Part shown: positions 56,140-64,000 of the stretch, piece by piece
Position numbering within the stretch: position 1 is the stretch's first letter
Layout: the number at the start of each line of letters is the position of its first letter
NCBI GenBank assembly: GCA_951406725.2
Contig: OX597824.1
Location: 98,518,001 to 98,582,000, forward strand
Length of the DNA: 64,000 nucleotides
Direction of reading: 5' to 3'
Source of the DNA: Octopus vulgaris
Lineage: Eukaryota
Position numbers and translations under genes: made by a program
Notes under the pieces: generated by a model
Databases searched by the model: none
What the model was told of the DNA's origin: nothing
Seen by the model: only the letters and a program-made list of their open reading frames with translations

Positions 56140-56580
56140 AATGTGATGTCGCTGTTAATTTCCTGCGCGCTGCCCCCAGACTGGAGAATTGCAGATTCAG
56201 ACGAAACCACAAACTGAATGAGATTAACTCGTGGTTTTAATCAGATCAGCCACCCCATGGAATTTATTTGACAACGTTGGTAAACGGGTATCCCCTTCCG
56301 ACGAAGATCCTTTTCTGGGGGCAGCTAGATATTATGATAAAACGCCAAGAAATAGTACCCTCTCGGATAAGATTAAATGTGCGAAACACGCTGAAAGAAC
56401 ACAACGTAAGAAGAGGAATGAGAAGAGGAATGTTTCATGGAGCAACCGACTGTTTAATGTAGCAGTAAGAACTAATGTAGCCAGGAATCTCCTTAATCTA
56501 ATAAGATTACCATTTCCCGCTGGGACATAGTAAGATATTGAATAGGAACTGCTTTAAGGTTAGTAATTCATCTTAGTAAG
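56140..56580 (+). pseudogene. Degenerate PLE RT thumb/linker fragment
   Basis: VNFL...DEDPFLGAARYYDKTPRNS...KKRNEKRNVSWSNRLFNVAVRTNVARNLLNLI..FP..KILNRN..KVS matches the PLE pattern RNIIWFNPPFS..VKTN...FP...IFNRNTVKVSYS. Confidence 0.8.
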
Positions 56581-57036
56581 AATTTTGGTCGTCACATCGA
56601 GGCTTCTAACGTTGCAAAGCCGGATGAAAAGAGAGGCAAACTGTTGGCCGACACAAATTGCTCAACTCCGGGTTTCGTGATAACTGTATGATAATATGAT
56701 AACTGGTGAAGTGGATAATATGCAACGCTGGGGTAGAAACCAACAACAACGATGAGCCTAAAATATATGCTGGGGATACTGAATCGGGTTTTCAAAAATT
56801 AATTTTATAAACACAATTATTCATTTGTCAGCTGATAAAAATGATCCATGGCTTTCTCGAAATTTATTTGGTTCTAGCGTGAGACAAATCCTCACGAAGT
56901 GAAAAATACCTGATACATTATAGAGACGGCACCACCATACGGGAGCGATACTTGACTGAAGCTGAAAGGCTTCCAATGACCCGTCCCTGTTTTTTGTATC
57001 GTCTATTTGGATGTCTTGCGTTCTTCTCCCATTTTG

Positions 57037-57095
<59 letters not shown>

Positions 57096-57098
<3 letters not shown>

Positions 57099-58715
57099 TT
57101 GCGGCCAAAATGTTCAGAACGGCATTGTTTTCGTCAGAAAAGTAGGTACAATTTTTTATCAAAGTTGTTTTATATTCTATAATTTTCACAAACAATAAAT
57201 ACGATATTATTTGTTATTGTCTGAGATTGTGGTGTAATTTGAGAGGATAATACAAAAGTTATGGATGATTTAGTGATTTACTGCAAAACCCATACCGGCC
57301 AAAATGATCAGAACGGTTGAAAAAATAACAAAATAATAAAAAATGACAGAGAATACTGGAATTATTTAATATTTAGTGTGAAGCCCTTTAGCTTCAATCA
57401 CACTCTGACATCTTTGACTGCATGAGGAAATTAAATTTTCAATTTCTTGCTGGGTGATCTTATTCCATTCTTCTTGAAGGGCATTCCATAATTGCTCAGT
57501 TGTTTTAGGATTTCTGGCTTTCGAACGTTCTAGAATATTCCACACATTTTCAATAGGATTGAGATCTGGGCTTTGAGTAGGCCAATCCATAACAATAACC
57601 TTTTCAGCCTTGAGGAAGTTCATGACCACCTTAGCCTTGTGACATGGGGCATTGTCCTGCATGAATATGGGTGGTCGCTTAGTTGAATTTCTCAGCACAG
57701 GCAAGACAGGATCTTTTACAAGTTGTTTATAAACTCCTGCATTTACATTTCCATGTAATCACACAAAAGGGCCCACACCATCTCCAGATATCATTCCCCA
57801 AACCATGACACTTCCTCCACCGAATTTAACACTAGTCTTAAGGCATTTAGGCAACAATTTTTCACCTACTTTTCGATGGACGTACCTTTTCCCATCTGAG
57901 CCAAATAGCATAAACTTAGATTCATCACTGAAATACACCGTTTGCCATTTTTCTTGAGACCACAACACATGTTCGGTTGCAAAGGTAAGACGACACTTTT
58001 TATTCTTGGAGCTGATCAGTGGCTTTACTGCAGGTGCTCTTGCTTGTAGGTCATGTTCAACTAAACGACGAGACACAGTTTTTCGAGATAGAGTTTTCTT
58101 CAGTACAATGCTCATTTCCCGAGAAACAGCAGCAGCAGCAGTTTTAAATCTGTCCTTTTTAACCAACTTTACCATAGCACGATCTTCTCTCTTGGTCGTT
58201 TTTCTTGGCCTACCTGTAGACTTTCTTGCTTCACACGAACCATAATCATCGTACACCTTAAGAATACCATGAACAACACTTTTTGACATGTTAACAATAG
58301 ACCCAATACTTAAATTATCCTTCTTTCGAAGCTTAATAATCTGCTGACGAATTGGTAACGTAGTAAGTGGCATTATATAAACAAAGTACACTGCAGATGT
58401 TCTTACTAATGTTTAGTAAACGAACCGTCAAGTAAACAAATTCAAAACATTAGAGTTCGCCGGTTCAATTTACTAAAACACGGAGTAAAAGCAACCGTTC
58501 TGATCATTTTGGCCGCCATGGGTTTTGCAGTAAATCACTAAATCATCCATGACTTTTGTATTATCCTTTCAAATTACACCAAAATCTCAAACAATAACAA
58601 ATAATATTGTATTTATTGTCTGTGAAAATTATAGAATATAAAACAACTTTGATAAAAAATTATATCTACTTTTCTGACGAAAACAATGCCGTTCTGAACA
58701 TTTTGGCCGCAACTG
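57096..58715 (-). mobile_element. Full-length Tc1-family DNA transposon, IR/DR type
   Basis: 224-bp TIRs (57096-57319, 58492-58715) starting CAGTTGCGGCC. TA at both flanks. Direct repeat GGCCAAAATG(T/A)TCAGAACGG at both ends of each TIR. Confidence 0.97.
57366..58373 (-). pseudogene. Tc1-like DD34E transposase with one in-frame stop (57759-57761)
   Basis: GRPRK, VYFSDESKF, GGSVMVWG, FMQDNAPCH, WPTQSPDLNPIENVW; 34 residues between D and E. The two listed ORFs are in the same frame. Confidence 0.95.
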
Positions 58716-58749
<34 letters not shown>

Positions 58750-58775
58750 TGTATGTATGTATGTATGTATGTATG

Positions 58776-58871
<96 letters not shown>

Positions 58872-59137
58872 ATATATTATACACACACACACACACGCAC
58901 CGAACGTTTGCATAGTCTAATTGTGCTTATTAAGAAGACAAACTAAGTATTTCCTTTCTCCCGATTACTCGAAAAGCATTGTTCAACCCGTAAAAACATT
59001 AGCTTTCATTGACGCAGATACGGATTGAACCCGGATGCAGGTGGTTGCATGGCAAACGTCTTAACTATAAACATATAACCCTGCCGGTGCCCATACCTTT
59101 ATTATAATGGAGTTAAGTGTAGTGTGTGTGTGTTTGC

Positions 59138-59169
<32 letters not shown>

Positions 59170-59804
59170 GTGTGTGCGCGCGTGTGTGTGTGTGTGAGCG
59201 TGTGTGTGTGTATGTGTGTGTGAGTATGGTCAAAACTGCCAATTCAGAAACAATCCGATCCTTCCACCAAATCCCTCCAAACATTCTTTCGCATCGTTTC
59301 CCTTTTCTCTTACCACATTCTCCTTTTCTGTCGCTTCACAATCCCCAATTTTAATTAGGATATACATAAACTTCCAATTATGCCTCAACGCAGCTGAAAC
59401 AGTGTGTAAAATCATATTTTAAACTTCCTTCGGCGACAATTTCAAGATCTATTGGGCCATGTTGGAATAAATAGAATTTCCATAATCATAAACGTGGTAT
59501 TTCCGTTTCGAAGCCATTCGTCTTTCTCTTTACAACTGTCCTCTTTTCTCGCTTCAAGCTCGCTACCCAGTTACATTCTATTTACTCACTTAATAACCTG
59601 TCCTGTTGTGGCCGCTGGCAACACTAACAGTGCATCTTTGAAATGGCGTCCTTTGCAAAATACAATCTACTTCCTAACACAATTAATCTGTAACGCCAAT
59701 TGCGCCGAAACAGAAACACCAAAGCCGTCCAACGAACAGATATTCATCTTCATTGCTCAGAATTTATTTACTTTTTTATGACATTTCATTTGGCTAGCTT
59801 GTGG

Positions 59805-59957
<153 letters not shown>

Positions 59958-60208
59958 TGAGTTCTATTTGTCGCTGTTGATAATGATGATAATAATAATC
60001 ATTTCTTTGCTGGTTACAGAGTACTTCTACCCACATAGGATACCTTCTTATATAAAAAAGATTACATAAATAAAGGGGGGGGGGGTGAAGATACAAATAA
60101 ACGACCGAATGCTGCAAATGTAATGAAGCGTGAAAACTAAGAGAAAACCAAGAAAGGCTTTTTCAAACGGCAGCGAAGCGATGCCTATGGAGTGTGATGG
60201 TACGGGAA

Positions 60209-60248
<40 letters not shown>

Positions 60249-60289
60249 GAATAAATGACCCGGTTTTATATCCTAACTTCACCACTTGC

Positions 60290-60580
60290 ACCCTGTTTCC
60301 CACAAAAACTGCACAAGGACATGCTCTGCTTTCCCACATCCACCTTTCACTGCAAAACTTGAAGTTGATGTGAATCTGGACAGAAAAAGGGAGTCCTAAA
60401 CCCGACCCTTTCACACTTAATCATTATACAAGTGCTTTGGTCACATCCGTAAAACAGGAACACGCTGTGTTCCTGTTTTATGGCTGATGAACAATGAAGA
60501 ACAATCATTGCAGCATCTCGCTCCACCCAAGATGCCAAAACATCCACTCGATCGAGCTCCACATATTATCAACCCTCAGA
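60290..60580 (-). mobile_element. Possible old mariner-like 5' fragment
   Basis: Begins CTGAGGGTTGATAAT. Weak KQS..LVQFLWE similarity to a mariner N-terminus. Confidence 0.25.
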
Positions 60581-61914
60581 CACTGAACGAGCAGAAAGAT
60601 TTCATCGTATTACACGCATTTAGGACAGGTTCGCAGCATGGAAGCACTTGCTTATAGAGTGGGTCCCTAACTGATAATGTTCTTCCAGTAGTACCCTTGT
60701 TACTGCTCATGGGGTAAATTGAGACTAATAATCCCCGAGATGAAAGTCTCTATAAAAGATTATCCGATTCTTTACTTTGACGTCGACCATCACACTGAGA
60801 AGAGGGTCGCCCAAAATTGATTCACTCCAGTTTATCTTTTTTTATATTATCCATATCGATTTATCGATTATTGTTGAGTAATAACTTAACTTGCTGCTTT
60901 TCGATTTTGAACATCGTATCGGGAGATTGTGTTTACTAATTGCTTGCACGACCATCGTTGACATATGTGAAACTCAACTGTGAATAAAACCTTTCTTGAG
61001 TGGATTTGGGAAATACTTGAAGGGAATGTTAAAAGCAGGGCACTACAAGAGGTGGAGCGACTCTCCGTCTTCTCTCATCTCTCTCTCCCCTCTCACCCGC
61101 GTCTCTCTCTCTCTCTCTTTCTCTCTCTCCCTCTCTCTGTTTTCCTCTATTTATTTATTTATTTATTTATTTATTTACTGGATCCAGTCATATCGGTTTT
61201 CGAAAAGTCTGATAGCATTTAACAACAGTTTTAGATGCCATATTTACTAACCACTTCAACGCTGAAGTTTAATTAATTTAACAAAATCGATGAATTTGAT
61301 CCAGTGCTATCATATTTCCAAAGTGTGTCAGTCATTTAACAACAATGGTAGCTGGCTGCAATGAGTAATTATTGGCAACTGTAATTTCACTGTAATTTAA
61401 TTAATTTAACAAGACTCATTAATTTGATCTAGTCATAGTAACATACCAAAACCTGATCGTCAGTTGGTCAATTAGTACAGCATGTCGTAACCATTCCATC
61501 TCGCCCTCCAATACTCCTTGTCCACTGTTGTATGAAACTCTACTGAATCATGATACGACGTAGTCAGAGTTTTTTCAAATATTATATACTCACAAAAGAC
61601 AAACATAAAAAGGATAAGACTGCGGCAGAATCAAAAATATTGGATAAGTTTGCGATTGTGTTGCACATGAAATACATTAAGCAGCGAAAGTAATGCATTA
61701 ATCTAATTGATTAATGCCGTGGAAAAGTGGGCAAATAATTATAGCCGTCGTGAAGGCAACAATAATTATCTGAAGGATGAAGTATGGTCACGGGAGACAA
61801 CTTCGAATTGAGATTAGATTCCAAATGTGCTTAAAATAGGCTGTAACGAAGGGGTGGGTGTAACCTTTGGAAGTGTGGCGGCCATAACTCCGCCTTTCAA
61901 TATATCAATAGACA

Positions 61915-62122
61915 CGCACCGTTAGCCACTACACACATTTTCTCTTTCTTTTTTATTCTCTCCCTTTTTTCTCTCCTTGTTTTTTTTTCTGTGTCCCTTT
62001 CTGTAGAAGAGCGTAGGCTCGAAACGTAAAAGACTTTTTCTATTCCTGAGCGTTATACTAATACATCTGTTTGTTTTGTACATCACCTGTCTTCGTCTTT
62101 TATTTTTTTGTGAACTCTCCCT
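61915..62122 (+). mobile_element. Short HHR-bearing element (A6U family), best-preserved copy
   Basis: Pyrimidine tract, ribozyme motif, then CCTGAGCGTTATACTAATAC...GTCTTCGTCTTTT; ends in (TA)n. Confidence 0.85.
61993..62034 (+). ncRNA. Minimal type I hammerhead, A6U variant
   Basis: CUUU-CUGUAGA-A-GAGC-GUAG-GCUC-GAAA-CG-UA-AAAG with a loopless palindromic stem III (ACGU). Confidence 0.65.
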
Positions 62123-62125
62123 ATA

Positions 62126-62185
<60 letters not shown>

Positions 62186-62282
62186 TGTATATATGAATAC
62201 AAATACAAGTGTCTGCATATGTGTATGTGGTGTGTACACGCACACATACATATATATATATATGTATGTTTGTATACATATA

Positions 62283-62565
62283 TCACGTGATCACGCAGAG
62301 TATCAGATGTTATACGTCGCTTGTCACAATGCACTTTGCATTGTTTTAGCTTTTGAATGGTGCCAGCCCGCTCGCTAGGCGGGCCGGTCAATATCCCAGC
62401 CCACCCACTCTGACCGGAAAGCTATTCCATTGCACGGTGACACAGTTATAGCTGGAGCAATGTGAAATGAAGAGTTTTGCTCAAGAATGCAACACGCAGC
62501 CTGTCTGCGAATCGAAACCACGCTCTCATGACCATGAATGCAACAGCCTAACTACGCGCCTTCAC
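62283..62565 (-). mobile_element. tRNA-derived SINE related to family D
   Basis: GTGAAGGCGCG head, GTTTCGATTC B-box-like motif, and GGCTGCGTGTTGCATTCTTGAGCAA...TTGCTCCAG shared with 51263. Confidence 0.7.
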
Positions 62566-63489
62566 ACACACACACACACACACATCAATCAATGATCAAG
62601 TAGGCTACGATTGAAGAATATATTTAATGGGTTAGAAATCTGGTTTATTAAGGGGATTCCTGAACAGAAATTACTTCAAAGTACTTTCATTGTTGCATTT
62701 CTTAAAGTCTGCACGTCCAAGAAAGAACTCTTGTCTTCATACAATTGTACAATTTGTATGACCTCACCTAATTATAATATATCTACTATATAAATGCGAG
62801 TGTATATGGTTATGTATGTGTATTTAGTCCAGAATGGTTATGAAACGGTGCACCACGAGAAAAACGAATTTGATTTTTGAAATCTGCGTCCTAAAGAGGA
62901 GGACGCCCGTAAATGACAATAAATAAATATAATAATTCGCTACAAGAAATACCTTAACTTTTAGATGGACAACTCTCCCCCTCTCTAGCCTTCAGCCCCA
63001 ACGTATCTATACACTGACCTTTGACTCTCACTCTCTTTGTACATGGATTAACTCTCACGCATTGCTTTCATTTCGTTTAAACCTTCTAACGTTTCATTTC
63101 ATGACAGCTGTTACGCACAAACCATGGTTTCTGACTCAGTAAAATTGATCAAACTTTAAACTTCCTTCTTATAACTTATCGGTTCGACAAAAACAAAAAA
63201 CGTTAGAATAATTGCCAGGCTTTAAATAAAATAAGAGGTCGATTCGTAACGCGTTGTGAGTTTTGAACACACACTCTCTCCTTCTTTCCGTCACTCTCTC
63301 TCTCTATCTATCTCTCTACCTCTCTCTCTATCTCTCTCCCTCTCTCGCTATCTCTCTACCTCTCTCTCTCTCTCTATCTCTCCCTCTCTCTCTATCTTTC
63401 TCCCTCTATCTCTATCTCTCTCCCCCTCTCTCTATCTCTCTCCCTCTCTCTCTCCATCTCTATATATATGTATGTATATATATATATAT

Positions 63490-64000
63490 ATCCTTAAATC
63501 CTTAAAAATGTTTTAGCCCGAAGGCCGCGGCCATGCTGGGGCACCACCGCTGAATGAGCTACACTAGTTTGTGAATCCACCTCTGATACGTGGCACTTGA
63601 TCAACAAGGGAGTTCGATGCTGCTGCCCGCATCCGTGTCTCCTGTCGTGAGGTAGGTTCATCTGGGACTCCCAACAAGAAGAGATCCAGTTTAGTTTTAA
63701 AGAAACCCACATCCACACCATGTAAGTCTCTCAGGCATTTAGGGAGGATGTTAAAGAGCTGTGGTCCTCTGAAACCCAAGCTGTTGCAGTATCTGGACCT
63801 GTATTTTGATGGTGATGTTGGAATCCTTGGCACCACGCAGCGGCGCCCGTTCTGCGGTTGGAGTAACTTTGAATGCCAAAGTTTGGGACAAGACCCTCCA
63901 GGATTTTCCAGATGTATATCACTGCATATCTCTCCCGCCTCCGCTCCAGGGAGAAGAGGTTTAATACCTTCAGTCTTTCCCAGTAGCTGACATTTTGCAT
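63490..64000 (-). mobile_element. CR1-group LINE 3' end (ORF2 C-terminus, 3' UTR, octamer tail); runs off the window
   Basis: SYWERLKVLNLFSLERRRERY...GPQLFNILP...FKTKLDLFL..VPDEP with one frameshift. Stop at 63564; tail (TTAAGGAT)x2. Confidence 0.9.

Noticed and set aside
55922-56212. Poly-Q ORF as a host exon
   Set aside because: Built from a CAA/CAG microsatellite abutting a PLE fragment on the opposite strand.
59450-59790. Possible hAT-like N-terminus (MASKRKY) on the minus strand
   Set aside because: Only a few residues of similarity, no TIR or TSD.

Overview
AT-rich, microsatellite-saturated animal genomic DNA, either intergenic or intronic. The SINE complement (a CORE-type and a Meta-like tRNA-SINE) resembles octopus/coleoid cephalopod repeats; this is inference from recalled repeat families. 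No host protein-coding exon could be supported, and nearly all listed ORFs are read-throughs of simple repeats. Recognisable content: a near-intact 1.62-kb Tc1 (DD34E, IR/DR) transposon, mariner-derived elements, 3' fragments of CR1-, R4/Dong- and HERO-like LINEs, about 18 SINE copies, and many Penelope-like element (PLE) fragments. The most striking signal is a dense set of type I hammerhead-ribozyme (HHR) motifs carried by short PLE-derived insertions in microsatellites. Several sit in fold-back (palindromic) elements with the ribozymes pointing outward. Several have non-canonical cores that recur between copies (G3:C8 swap, A6U, extra nucleotide after A9). All folding and protein-motif calls were made by eye; none were computed.
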